Source: an uncultured virus (IMG/VR IMGVR_UViG_3300031474_000004) (taxonomy: Duplodnaviria > Heunggongvirae > Uroviricota > Caudoviricetes). Taken from it: a DNA stretch of 64,000 nucleotides. Under the pieces are notes generated by a model. The model was not told the DNA's origin. It searched no databases and saw nothing but the letters and a program-made list of their open reading frames with translations. Positions 1 through 9,225 of this stretch are shown here, one piece after another (within the stretch, counting starts at the first letter, position 1; each line of letters begins with the position of its first letter). A program made the translations under genes and the position numbers. The stretch spans positions 1-64,000 of the IMG/VR virus record IMGVR_UViG_3300031474_000004. The stretch is one strand, 5' to 3'.

Positions 1-228
1 GCACAATCATTCAATGAGCCTTCGTAAATTACTTTGAATTCAAATGATTCACATTTTCTCCAAAAGTGGTATATACGATTCGTATCGTGGTTTTTCATGT
101 TTGTGATATGTTGTAGCAATCGAGATTTCCAATCATTGGTGATACCGATATAAATTGCGGGATATTTGAGTGGTTTGCTCAATTTAAGTTTGATTGCATA
201 AACATGTGGCATACATGCCACATAACAT
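1..228 (-). CDS. GIY-YIG family endonuclease, N-terminal part (runs off window)
   Basis: Manual translation: MLCGMYATCYAIKL...IYIGITNDWKSRLLQH, i.e. YIG motif plus conserved Arg/His; frame open to the window edge. Confidence 0.65.
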
Positions 229-269
229 AAGTTTGTACAAAGAACATTACAAAATTTAAAATTCATTCA

Positions 270-1511
270 ATGAAAGTTTACAACGTTTCAAGCATGAATG
301 AATCGCTTGAACGTGTTCGAACGAAGTTCGATGAATTGTTCAAATCAACGTTGACGATGCGATCAACGGACGAGAGAAACGTTCTCAACACTCAGTTGCA
401 GGTTGTGTCCGATTACAGGTTCGCTATCGACATTGATAGGACGATCCATGATCTCGTTGTGATTCATGCGTTAAAAGCAGAGGCCGCCTCCCCTGGATCA
501 TTTCGTGAATGCATTGAGTTGACGATCGATGAATTGTCGTCGATCAATTGGGGTAATCAAGATTCAACTGTTGATGATTCATCACGTGACAACGTCGAGC
601 TTTTGACGACGGCCCCACGAGTTAGTGACATCGATTGGATCATTTCAATTTTTTGTGATCGAAGCATGATCGATCTCGTTCGATCGATCCTTGATATGAC
701 GGGATTTTCCGGTCGAGTATCGATCGAACGATCAAGCGCGAACATTGATATCGTTGAACAATTCGACGGTCATTCGTTCGATTTCAATGTTGCGTTCAAC
801 GTAAAGAAAACGATCTTGACCTCCCCGAAGGTTCTTTTGATCGATGGTTACGTTGAAAGCGTGTCAGAAATTCACCACTTTCTAACACTGGCAAACGATA
901 CGAAGGAAACGATCTTGATGTTCTCACGAGGAATGTCAAATGATGTCGTTCACACGTTGAAGACGAATTTTGACCGAAAAACGTTGAACGTGATTCCGAT
1001 TCTCGTTGACTTCGATTTCGATGGTATCAATTCGCTTGCTGACTTGAGCGTGATCTCGGGTGTGGATGTTGTCTCTGCTTTGAGGGGAGATTTACTGAGC
1101 TCCATCGAATTGAACTCGCTGCGATCGATAGATTCAGCCATCATTGAACAGAAACACGTTGTGATGAAGACGAACGCATCGGCCCGGATCCTTGATCATG
1201 TTAATTCATTGAAAAAGAAACGAGATGATTCAGAAAACGATATCGTGAAAGCATCGTTCGACTCGAGGATCAAGTCAATGTTGAGCAATCACGTGATCGT
1301 TAGGTTGCGAAACGATAGCAACATCGTGTACAGGACGCAGTGCATCGATCACGTGTTACGAGCCTACAAATCATTGATGTCTAACGGGACAATCGTTCGC
1401 GATGGCGAGAAGATGCTAGCAATGTCGGTCACGTCTGCAAAATTGCACGCAAAAAATTGCGTGAATTCAATCAGGAACTTGGGAGCGATAGTGATCAAAT
1501 CTCAGAAATGA
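270..1511 (+). CDS. Divergent GroEL/Cpn60-like chaperonin
   Basis: Apical-domain-like segment PKVLLIDGYVESVSEI...DVVHTLKTN...LADLSVISG; no canonical GDGTTT motif; shorter than GroEL. Confidence 0.65.
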   Translation: MKVYNVSSMNESLERVRTKFDELFKSTLTMRSTDERNVLNTQLQVVSDYRFAIDIDRTIHDLVVIHALKAEAASPGSFRECIELTIDELSSINWGNQDSTVDDSSRDNVELLTTAPRVSDIDWIISIFCDRSMIDLVRSILDMTGFSGRVSIERSSANIDIVEQFDGHSFDFNVAFNVKKTILTSPKVLLIDGYVESVSEIHHFLTLANDTKETILMFSRGMSNDVVHTLKTNFDRKTLNVIPILVDFDFDGINSLADLSVISGVDVVSALRGDLLSSIELNSLRSIDSAIIEQKHVVMKTNASARILDHVNSLKKKRDDSENDIVKASFDSRIKSMLSNHVIVRLRNDSNIVYRTQCIDHVLRAYKSLMSNGTIVRDGEKMLAMSVTSAKLHAKNCVNSIRNLGAIVIKSQK

Positions 1512-1569
1512 GGTAAATATTTCCCCATGAAAACGGAACGTATGGTATTGAATACGTGATGTGACCGTT

Positions 1570-1720
1570 TTCAACTGAAATGTCGACTGAGAAACGTGAA
1601 AAATTTCGACTAAGATGAGCGAAAGTCATACAAAACGTTGGGCGAACATGACGATCGAACAACGTGAAGCAATTCGTTTAAAAATGAGAAAACCGAAACG
1701 ACCTCGAACGAAACGAAGTT
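1570..1720 (+). pseudogene. Possible remnant of a NUMOD3-type homing endonuclease tail
   Basis: Broken basic frames MSTEKREKF and KMSESHTKRWANMTIEQREAIRLKMRKP resemble NUMOD3 repeats. Confidence 0.35.
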
Positions 1721-2674
1721 TTATATTTTGATATTATCGTGCCAGGCAAGGACCGCGATAATTTTGCGAACCGTCTCAGAATCAATGTTTCCGAATTTAT
1801 CTTCCATCGATGCGTAAAGTTCGTTCGCCGTCTTCACCGCCTGTTTCTTTGAAGCGCTTAGCTTATTTACGACATCGTCCGCGCCAGCGGTCGCTTTACT
1901 TGATGAGGGATCCGAAATGTTGCTCGAGCCCGTGGGTTGTGAGACGTTAGTTTGTTCAGTTCCTGAAGTCTGAAACGTTTGCTTCGCAGCAGTGTTTTGT
2001 GCCCCAGTGAGAGATTTTGCAATTTCCGATACGTTGCTCAATTTTTCAACGATCTCCTTCGAGATCTCTTCGATCTTGCCCACGTTCGCATTCATCAGAT
2101 CTTTTGCAATCTCGCTAAAGTTGCTCTTGATGTACTTTTTTTGCCAATTCTTTGAAAGCTTCTTCATCGCACCGTCGGGCTGAAATCCCTTGATGATCAG
2201 ATCACGCAAATTTTCGCTTCGGAGACGGTCGTCCGTGATCCCGCTGATCGTCGTTTGATCGGTTGAACCAACGATGAGTTCCTTCAACGTTTTGTCTTCA
2301 GGATTGTCGACACCCGTCTTCTTCGCCTCAATGTACGTTGAAAAGTCCTCAAAAAAGTTCTTGAGTGCGTCACAGAACGCAAAAGCGTCGATCAGAGGAT
2401 TCTGTGATTGCTTGAACAAGCTGATGAACTTTTTGATCAATCCCGTATCCGACTTGCTTGAAAGGACGGAATCAACATCGTGAACCGCGGAATCTCTCGC
2501 TGCCGCCAACGACTTCAATCCTGCTTGAGAGAACTTGATTGATTGCAACGATTTGAAAATTTCAGTCGCTTGTTTCATCAAATCCTTACTGAAGGCTTCA
2601 AGGATCGTTCTTTCGAACAGGATCTCTTTCTTACGAAGATAAGATTCCTTCAATGATACGTTTGATTTGTACAT
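1721..2674 (-). CDS. Hypothetical helical protein, possibly virion/late
   Basis: 317-aa ORF; TATTTA motif about 10 nt upstream on the - strand. Confidence 0.7.
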   Translation of the reverse strand: MYKSNVSLKESYLRKKEILFERTILEAFSKDLMKQATEIFKSLQSIKFSQAGLKSLAAARDSAVHDVDSVLSSKSDTGLIKKFISLFKQSQNPLIDAFAFCDALKNFFEDFSTYIEAKKTGVDNPEDKTLKELIVGSTDQTTISGITDDRLRSENLRDLIIKGFQPDGAMKKLSKNWQKKYIKSNFSEIAKDLMNANVGKIEEISKEIVEKLSNVSEIAKSLTGAQNTAAKQTFQTSGTEQTNVSQPTGSSNISDPSSSKATAGADDVVNKLSASKKQAVKTANELYASMEDKFGNIDSETVRKIIAVLAWHDNIKI

Positions 2675-2688
2675 TATGAACGATAAAT

Positions 2689-2943
2689 ATGTACGATCAT
2701 TTCATGAGTTTACTTAATAAGATCAACGTTGCGATTCACGATCAATTCACTCGAACCGCTGACGAAGCTGAACACATTCTCGTCACTGCGAAGCAAACGA
2801 ACGTGCTGAAGATCGATGATGCTGCGTTTCAAACTGTTTTAACGCTCGTGCGGCAATCCATCGAATCAACGTTCATCAAGACGAACGTGACGTTTTCAAG
2901 GCAATTTGAGTCCATTTTGGACGCACTCGAAAAAAAGAAGTAA
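2689..2943 (+). CDS. Hypothetical protein
   Basis: First ORF of a tightly packed + operon. Confidence 0.6.
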   Translation: MYDHFMSLLNKINVAIHDQFTRTADEAEHILVTAKQTNVLKIDDAAFQTVLTLVRQSIESTFIKTNVTFSRQFESILDALEKKK

Positions 2944-2946
2944 TTC

Positions 2947-3411
2947 ATGCAGGGAATTCGTCATCTCGTACGTTGTCGGTGCATTCTTTCGCAATTCAAG
3001 AACCTCAAGGATCCTCCGAACCATCAATTCGTCGTTTTTTCGGTGATTGATGACAGTGATAACGTTCGTGTGAAATTCGCTCAGTGCGACAATTGTGGTA
3101 TCATTCACAAGGTATTCGAAATTGGTAAATCTGACGTGATCTCCAACAAGGAGACGATGGGTTCGATCACGACGATCGATGACCTGAAAAATAGCATGCC
3201 CGAAAAAATGGTGACATTGCTCGAGAAGAATGACGTGGCCGATGTTTCTTCATGGGAGGAAGCAAAATTCATCATTGAGAACGAAAAATGGGGTAACTTC
3301 ATCGTTCTCTCGAAGGATTCATCCGAAAGTGACACGAACGTGAAACTTCTCAGGATCGTTTCTAAGAACATTTTTATCGTTGAAAACGAAGTTCGAACCG
3401 AAAGAATTTAG
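2947..3411 (+). CDS. Hypothetical Zn-binding protein
   Basis: CRC, HQF and CDNCG...H motifs; operon packing. Confidence 0.65.
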   Translation: MQGIRHLVRCRCILSQFKNLKDPPNHQFVVFSVIDDSDNVRVKFAQCDNCGIIHKVFEIGKSDVISNKETMGSITTIDDLKNSMPEKMVTLLEKNDVADVSSWEEAKFIIENEKWGNFIVLSKDSSESDTNVKLLRIVSKNIFIVENEVRTERI

Positions 3412-3414
3412 ACT

Positions 3415-3648
3415 ATGAATGACGTGAAATTTGGTGAGCTTGAAAGTGAAAAGCTCACAAAAGAAAAGCTAGCTTGTCGGCAAATACTCGCGGAGATCAA
3501 CAACTTCGGGATTTCAGATCGACAAAAATTATTCCTGATCTACCTGTTGTCACTTGAACTTGAAGATGGCGAAGCAAGCTCCGATCTTGCGACAGTTTCG
3601 AAGGAATTATGTTCTCGTGCTGAAGGTATGCTTAGCGGGGGCGAATGA
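3415..3648 (+). CDS. Hypothetical protein
   Basis: ATGA overlap with the helicase start. Confidence 0.6.
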   Translation: MNDVKFGELESEKLTKEKLACRQILAEINNFGISDRQKLFLIYLLSLELEDGEASSDLATVSKELCSRAEGMLSGGE

Positions 3649-5291
3649 TAACAAAGAATGATTGGTTGAAATTCTTCCCGTTCAAAGATCCTCGAGAGGA
3701 GCAAACTAAAGCGATCGATTTCATTTTGAATTCGTTCATTTCGGGAAAGAAGTACGTGATTGCTGAACTCGGTACGGGGCTCGGAAAAAGCGCAATAGGG
3801 ATCACGATCAGCAAGTACATGCAGTCTCGCCCCCCGCGATCGTTGGTTCCGAACGCAACTTGGTACTTGACGACGCAAAAGACGTTGCAAGCACAATACA
3901 TTTCTGACTTTGGAAACGAACCAACGAATCTAAAGACGATTAAATCATCGAACAACTACACGTGTCAAATGTTCGATTCATCGGCATTGTCGATGTCGTG
4001 TGCAGAGATACAGCGTTTGATGGATGCCCATAAGTTCTTCAAGGTGATTTATAAGACGTGTGTTTGTTCGTGTCGATACCGTGAAGAGAAAGAGAAATTC
4101 ATCGAAGCGAACGACAGTCTCACGAATTACTCGTACTTTCTAGCTGAATCGACGTATGCTAAAGGAATTCAACCTCGACAATTGGTCGTTTGTGATGAGG
4201 CTCATACCCTGGAATCAGTTTTTAGCAATTTTATCGAGATTGTCTTGAGTGAGAACTTCTCAAAGAACCGGTTGAAGCTTAAAAAGTTTCCAAAGAGTGA
4301 CGACAATGTCGACGAGGTGGTCAAATGGATCAAGACCAAGTACAAAAAAGCCTTGGTTGCTCGACTTGATGAGGTGAAGACGTACTTGAACGATGATGTT
4401 CGTGAGGACACCGAGAAGGTGAAATCACTCACGGCATTCGTTAAAGAGTACGAGATACTTGACAAGCATGTTTGCAAGGTGAATAGGTTCATCAACCAGT
4501 ACGATTCCAAGAATTGGGTCTTAACGTACGAAAAAGGCGAAGGAAAATCGCTTAACAAGCTCGTGTTCAAACCTATTGATGTTTCCGTGTATTCTCACGA
4601 GAAGTTGTTTAATTTCGGTGAGAAAATCTTGCTGATGTCGGCAACGATACTCGATAAGGACACGTTTTGTAAGACGTTGGGAATTCCCCAGTCCGATGCT
4701 GAATTCATCAGGATGCCTTCTCCGTTTCCAGCAGAGAACCGTCCGATTCACGTTCTTTCCGTCGGTAGCATGGCACGAGGTAAGATCGATGAAACGCTAC
4801 CCATGATTGCCTCCGTCGTCAAGGAGTTGTTGGAACTTCACCCAGACGTGAAGGGTGTGATACACTGCGGCACATTTCGCATTGCTAATTACATCTACGA
4901 TAACGTTAAAAGTAATCGATTGCTGATTCATGATTCAACGAATAGAGAACAGATCATTGATTATCACTGTTCAAACGAACGACCCACGGTGATCTTGTCG
5001 CCTTCGATGCTCGAAGGCATCGATCTCAAGGACGATAGAAGTCGATTTCAAATCCTGTGCAAGTTACCTTGGCCATTCTTGGGCGACGAGGTCGTCAAGA
5101 AGAGGATGACAAACAATCCGAACTGGTACATAATAGAGACGATAAAGTTGATCGTCCAAGGTCTGGGTAGGTCAATCAGGAACGAAAATGACCATGCCGT
5201 GTCGTACATTCTTGATTCTGATTGGAATCGTCTTGTGAAACAACATCGTGACAAATTTCCCAAAGAGATCATTGATTGCATCGTTTCGTAA
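3645..5291 (+). CDS. DinG/XPD-family SF2 helicase
   Basis: Q motif (PREEQ), Walker A GTGLGKS, DEAH box, SAT, EGIDL, QGLGRSIR; Cys cluster compatible with Fe-S binding. Confidence 0.9.
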   Translation: MITKNDWLKFFPFKDPREEQTKAIDFILNSFISGKKYVIAELGTGLGKSAIGITISKYMQSRPPRSLVPNATWYLTTQKTLQAQYISDFGNEPTNLKTIKSSNNYTCQMFDSSALSMSCAEIQRLMDAHKFFKVIYKTCVCSCRYREEKEKFIEANDSLTNYSYFLAESTYAKGIQPRQLVVCDEAHTLESVFSNFIEIVLSENFSKNRLKLKKFPKSDDNVDEVVKWIKTKYKKALVARLDEVKTYLNDDVREDTEKVKSLTAFVKEYEILDKHVCKVNRFINQYDSKNWVLTYEKGEGKSLNKLVFKPIDVSVYSHEKLFNFGEKILLMSATILDKDTFCKTLGIPQSDAEFIRMPSPFPAENRPIHVLSVGSMARGKIDETLPMIASVVKELLELHPDVKGVIHCGTFRIANYIYDNVKSNRLLIHDSTNREQIIDYHCSNERPTVILSPSMLEGIDLKDDRSRFQILCKLPWPFLGDEVVKKRMTNNPNWYIIETIKLIVQGLGRSIRNENDHAVSYILDSDWNRLVKQHRDKFPKEIIDCIVS

Positions 5292-5296
5292 AAAGG

Positions 5297-5325
5297 TTAA
5301 ACAACGAACAATCACAACGTATAAT
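5297..5325 (+). promoter_or_regulatory. Sigma70-like promoter
   Basis: TTAAAC-N17-TATAAT upstream of the Hc1-like gene. Confidence 0.5.
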
Positions 5326-5367
5326 GACATTCAGATGTGAATGAATCATTCATACTTGGAGAAAAAT

Positions 5368-5586
5368 ATGAGTCAATTTGTACAAAACTGGAAAGAAATC
5401 AAGGACCTGGTTGATGCTCTCGAGCTGGACGTCGTGAAGAACGGCGAGCGCGGCAACCGTGCTGCAGGCGTTCGAGTTCGCAAGGGACTTCGTCACGTCA
5501 AGTCACTCGCAGGTGCCTTGGTGAAGCTATCGGTCACGCTTGATAAGGAAGCTAAGGCTGATCCAACGCCCGAGCCAACCGTCTAA
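5368..5586 (+). CDS. Histone H1-like (Hc1 family) nucleoid-type protein
   Basis: GNRAAGVRVRKGL matches the Hc1-family GNKAAGTRARK motif; GGAG RBS before ATG 5368. Confidence 0.75.
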   Translation: MSQFVQNWKEIKDLVDALELDVVKNGERGNRAAGVRVRKGLRHVKSLAGALVKLSVTLDKEAKADPTPEPTV

Positions 5587-5610
5587 TTTTTATTGACGTA
5601 ATGCTCGTCA

Positions 5611-5661
5611 GTCGGCATGTGGTGGATCATATTTAAACGTATGAGCATGCCACATGCCGAC
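5611..5661. terminator. Inverted repeat between convergent genes
   Basis: GTCGGCATGTGG (5611-5622) and CCACATGCCGAC (5650-5661) form a perfect 12-bp stem. Confidence 0.5.
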
Positions 5662-5670
5662 GTCCATCAA

Positions 5671-5943
5671 TCAATCTTGGTCGGCGAGAATCTTCTGATT
5701 CTCGCTTTTGATTTTTGTCATGATGTCATGTTCAATCTGACAAGTTCTCATTCTTGTTACACCAAAAATTTCACCGATCTCTTGCAGGGTATGTGAACCT
5801 TTTTGCTTAGCTGCGATTATCGTACAGTTATTACTTTTCGCGTGATCAATCCATTGATCACACGATTTTCTATTGCAATTGACGTTGCATTGTGCATGAA
5901 TAGAAAAACATGTAGTACGATTAATTACAGTAAGATTGCGCAT
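5671..5943 (-). CDS. Small Cys-rich protein with sigma70 region-4 HTH
   Basis: TLQEIGEIFGVTRMRTCQIE resembles sigma region 4; likely start ATG 5943 (MRNLTV). Confidence 0.75.
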   Translation of the reverse strand: MRNLTVINRTTCFSIHAQCNVNCNRKSCDQWIDHAKSNNCTIIAAKQKGSHTLQEIGEIFGVTRMRTCQIEHDIMTKIKSENQKILADQD

Positions 5944-5986
5944 TAATGATTCAACTTTATTAACAATTGAAATCTCCGTACAAATC

Positions 5987-7334
5987 ATGAAAAAGAAAAA
6001 CTTACGTCCTTGACACGAACGTTCTTTTGTTTGATCCCAGTGCTCTTGAACAATTTGATGACAATGAAATCGTTGTACCGCTAGTTGTCTTTGAAGAGCT
6101 TGATAGAAACAAGGGACGTTTTGACGAAGTTGGCAGGAACGCAAGAAAGTTCAGTCGTTCGTTGGACGAGCTTCGATCAAACGGTAATTTGTTCACGGGA
6201 ATCACGCTTCGTAATGGGGGCATCTTTCGTGTTGCATCGATTGACACTTCTTGCGAGCTCCCTCGTGAGCTTAAGAATTCGTCAGTTGATAACACGATCG
6301 TCCTTTACATGCTTCAGCTCAAGCAAGCAAGCGTCGATGCAAAGTTGATCTCGAAGGACATCAACCTTCGATTGAAGTGCGATGCGCTTGATCTAAAAGC
6401 TGAAGATTACCTGAAAAGTAGCATCAATAAGAACATCGACGAGCTGTATTCGGGCGTCGAATCGCTCGTGCTCGATGATGAACAACTGAACGATTTCCAT
6501 TCCACCGATGAACTTTTGATCGAGTCGGAGAAGGTGTTGTATCCCAATCAAATCATCATTCTAAGGGATCACCTCAACAAATCATCCGGATTTGCACGAT
6601 GCGTGAATCAAAATGACGAGAAATGCTATAGGCTTGTTTCCGTGAAGACTCATGCGAACGTTTACGGTCTGAAACCCCGAAACAAGGAACAGAACTTTTC
6701 GTTGGATCTTTTGTTGAATCCAGACATCAAGTTGATCACATTGACTGGTAAAGCGGGTGGTGGTAAGACACTGATCGCTCTAGCATCTGCGATGGCACAA
6801 TTGAAGATGCCAGGAAACGATACGGGACATTACGAAAAGCTCGTCATCACTCGCCCAATCCAACCCGTCGGCAAGGATCTGGGATTCCTTCCGGGAACGC
6901 TGGACGAAAAACTGGATCCTTGGATCGCGCCCATCAAGGATAACATCAACTTCCTTGTCAAGAACAAGAGGACAAAGAAGGCGAATGAAGCCAAGGAATC
7001 GTTTTTGACAATGCTTCAGGAACGTGGATTGATCGAAATTGAAGCGATCGCTTACATCAGGGGTCGTTCAATTCCGAATGCATTCCTGATCGTTGACGAG
7101 GCTCAGAATCTTTCGATTCACGAACTCAAGACGATCGTTACTCGAGCTGGTGAAGGAACAAAGATTCTCTTGACGGGTGACATTGAACAGATCGATAATT
7201 CGAATGTGGATGTCCACACGAACGCATTGACGTATGCTATCGAAAAGTTCAAGGATTACCCGCTCGCTGCTCATATGACGCTGCTCAAGGGTGAAAGAAG
7301 CGAGTTAGCAACTCTCGCCTCTCAGATCTTGTAA
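5987..7334 (+). CDS. phoH: PIN-PhoH (PhoH2/YlaK-type) protein; +1 frameshift in the A-run after the start
   Basis: YVLDTNVLL PIN start, GKAGGGKT Walker A, LGFLPG, RGRS, VDEAQN, GDIEQID; removing one A at about 5996-6000 gives MKKKTYVLDTN. Confidence 0.9.
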
Positions 7335-7361
7335 TTTCTGTCTGAACTAGCTATTTATGGA

Positions 7362-8009
7362 ATGAAATTTAAGGTTTACGTTGATTACACTACGGAAGAA
7401 ATTCCGCGACCATTTTATGTTGGAAAGGGTTCCCAACAAAGACTTCAACGAAAAACACGTAATAATTTACACACGAGAATTAGTTTGAAATATGGGTACG
7501 ATCGTCAAGTTTTTTTAGAAACGGACGATGAAGAATTAGCATTTGAAAAGGAACGTGAATTAATAAAAGAATTTGATACGTTTCTTTATGGAGGAGGTTG
7601 GGGGGCTAATTTTACGATGGGAGGGGAAGGTGTTTCGGGAATTCCGAATCCGCGGTGTAGGGGTGAAACCCACCCTATGTACGGTAAAAAACATTCCGAT
7701 GAATCAAAACGCAAAAACAGTGAATCAAATAAAATTGCTACTTCGGGAGAAAAGAATGGCATGTTTGGTAAACATCATAATGAAACTACTCGAAAAAAAA
7801 TTGGAGACACCCAGCGAGGGTGGAATCACACAGAAGAATCTAAGATAAAGATTGGTAAAACCATTAGCACTCGTCAAAAAGGAAGAAAACATTCTGAAGA
7901 AACAAAGCGAAAAATTGGTGAATCTCATCGAGGAAAAATACCGTGGAACAAAGGATTGAAAAAAAATGCACGTAACGATCTTTCAACCCTTGCTTCTCAG
8001 ATTCTATGA
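7362..8009 (+). CDS. GIY-YIG homing endonuclease with NUMOD3 repeats
   Basis: VYVDY...FYVGKG..R, E..LI...GAN, repeated GKKHS/HTEESK motifs; AT-rich. Confidence 0.85.
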   Translation: MKFKVYVDYTTEEIPRPFYVGKGSQQRLQRKTRNNLHTRISLKYGYDRQVFLETDDEELAFEKERELIKEFDTFLYGGGWGANFTMGGEGVSGIPNPRCRGETHPMYGKKHSDESKRKNSESNKIATSGEKNGMFGKHHNETTRKKIGDTQRGWNHTEESKIKIGKTISTRQKGRKHSEETKRKIGESHRGKIPWNKGLKKNARNDLSTLASQIL

Positions 8010-8191
8010 AGTGTTGGAAACCATGCACGAAATTCAAACTAGTGAACTTTAATGGTCGCTCTGAGCGATGCATGGAATTCAAAAAGAAATGGCGTGCAAA
8101 CTTGAAACCATGTCGTGATCCAAAAAATTGCGGATGTTATCCACTTTTTGAAGAGAGGATCGCTTGGTTGAAGAGTACACAAAAATGCTAG
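8006..8191 (+). CDS. Small Cys-rich hypothetical protein
   Basis: 61 aa with 7 Cys; ATGA overlap with the upstream stop. Confidence 0.5.
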   Translation: MKCWKPCTKFKLVNFNGRSERCMEFKKKWRANLKPCRDPKNCGCYPLFEERIAWLKSTQKC

Positions 8192-8273
8192 GGAACTTAC
8201 GTTCCCGTTATGTGAGACGTTAGAGTTCGTCCAACCGCTTAACCGTCGGGCTAATAACGGTCGTACCCCAGCA
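8186..8273 (-). ncRNA. Candidate structured small RNA, unknown family
   Basis: Nested stems whose G.U pairs work only on the - strand; U5 tract directly 3'; TAACTA motif just 5'. Confidence 0.5.
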
Positions 8274-8292
8274 GAGGTTAGTTACTTATGAC

Positions 8293-9225
8293 GTGAGCGG
8301 TATACTAGATTCAAAAAAGAGAATCCTCGACGTCGTATTGACCGAAGAAGGGCGAAAACAAGTTGCTCGTGGTGATCTGAGAATTGATTCTTATTCATTT
8401 TCTGACGCGGGTACGTATTACAGGGGCGACATTGCGAGTGGTAGCGCGGATGCAACGGTTCGTTTGCAATTCGAGTCGTCGAACCTTCCACAGGATTCGA
8501 TAACGTTTGAATCCAACGACGACGGTCGTCTCTTGTCTTTCAAGAATTCTGCTGGAATCCAATTAAATGATGGGTCGATAATTGAATTCACAACATCAGT
8601 TACTTCTTCGGCCACTTTCTTGAAAGGAAGCGAGTTCACGGATTCCGTTGATGAACTTCTCGTATCATCGATCGGAAATTTCAACAAACTTCAACTGTTG
8701 GCAACTCGAGATAACTTGTTCGATGATTCTGCGTTCGGTTTGAGTAGTTCCGCCGTGGAATTTCTCATTAAGGATGATTCACCGATCGAGGATCGATCAT
8801 TGTGGACTGCGAACGTGAACAACGAAGAAAGTCTATTCAACGATCCACGTCTTGCTCGTTCATTGAACTTTAGGTACCTACCTCCCTCGAACGGTGGTGG
8901 ATCCGACCTGGGAACGTATCCACCTCTCGGCACGACCAACGGGAACTTAGTTACGTATGAACAATTGAAGGTCGAACTTGATGCGTTCGAACAACTCGGT
9001 CTCTCTAAGACGATCAAGTTCGATCCGACATCACGAGAAAATAACTTATTCATGCAATTCTTTGAACAAAACTACAATCAACTCTCTAAGTTGAGGATCA
9101 TTGATTTTGGAAAGTTCAGAACGTCAACGAATTCGCTTGTACACGTATTTTTTGCTGGAAATTTATTCGTTGATGACAAACAAAGCCACACATTTTCGCA
9201 TGTATTCACCATGGTATTTTCGTAA
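8293..9225 (+). CDS. Putative baseplate/tail structural protein (tail-collar-like N-half motif)
   Basis: GILDSKKRILDVVLTEEGRKQVARG; paralogous to 22579-23295; TACTTA upstream. Confidence 0.6.
   Translation: MSGILDSKKRILDVVLTEEGRKQVARGDLRIDSYSFSDAGTYYRGDIASGSADATVRLQFESSNLPQDSITFESNDDGRLLSFKNSAGIQLNDGSIIEFTTSVTSSATFLKGSEFTDSVDELLVSSIGNFNKLQLLATRDNLFDDSAFGLSSSAVEFLIKDDSPIEDRSLWTANVNNEESLFNDPRLARSLNFRYLPPSNGGGSDLGTYPPLGTTNGNLVTYEQLKVELDAFEQLGLSKTIKFDPTSRENNLFMQFFEQNYNQLSKLRIIDFGKFRTSTNSLVHVFFAGNLFVDDKQSHTFSHVFTMVFS

Noticed and set aside
204..223. Palindrome ATGTGGCAT-AC-ATGCCACAT, resembling the 5611 stem
   Set aside because: Only two loosely similar instances; could be a translation-blocking hairpin over the HEG start but is not supportable
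8204..8260. Functional tRNA-Phe or pistol ribozyme
   Set aside because: No T arm, no U33 or purine 37; a GCG-stem-GU segment resembles pistol but P1, the pseudoknot and the A-rich linker are missing. Kept only as an unknown RNA
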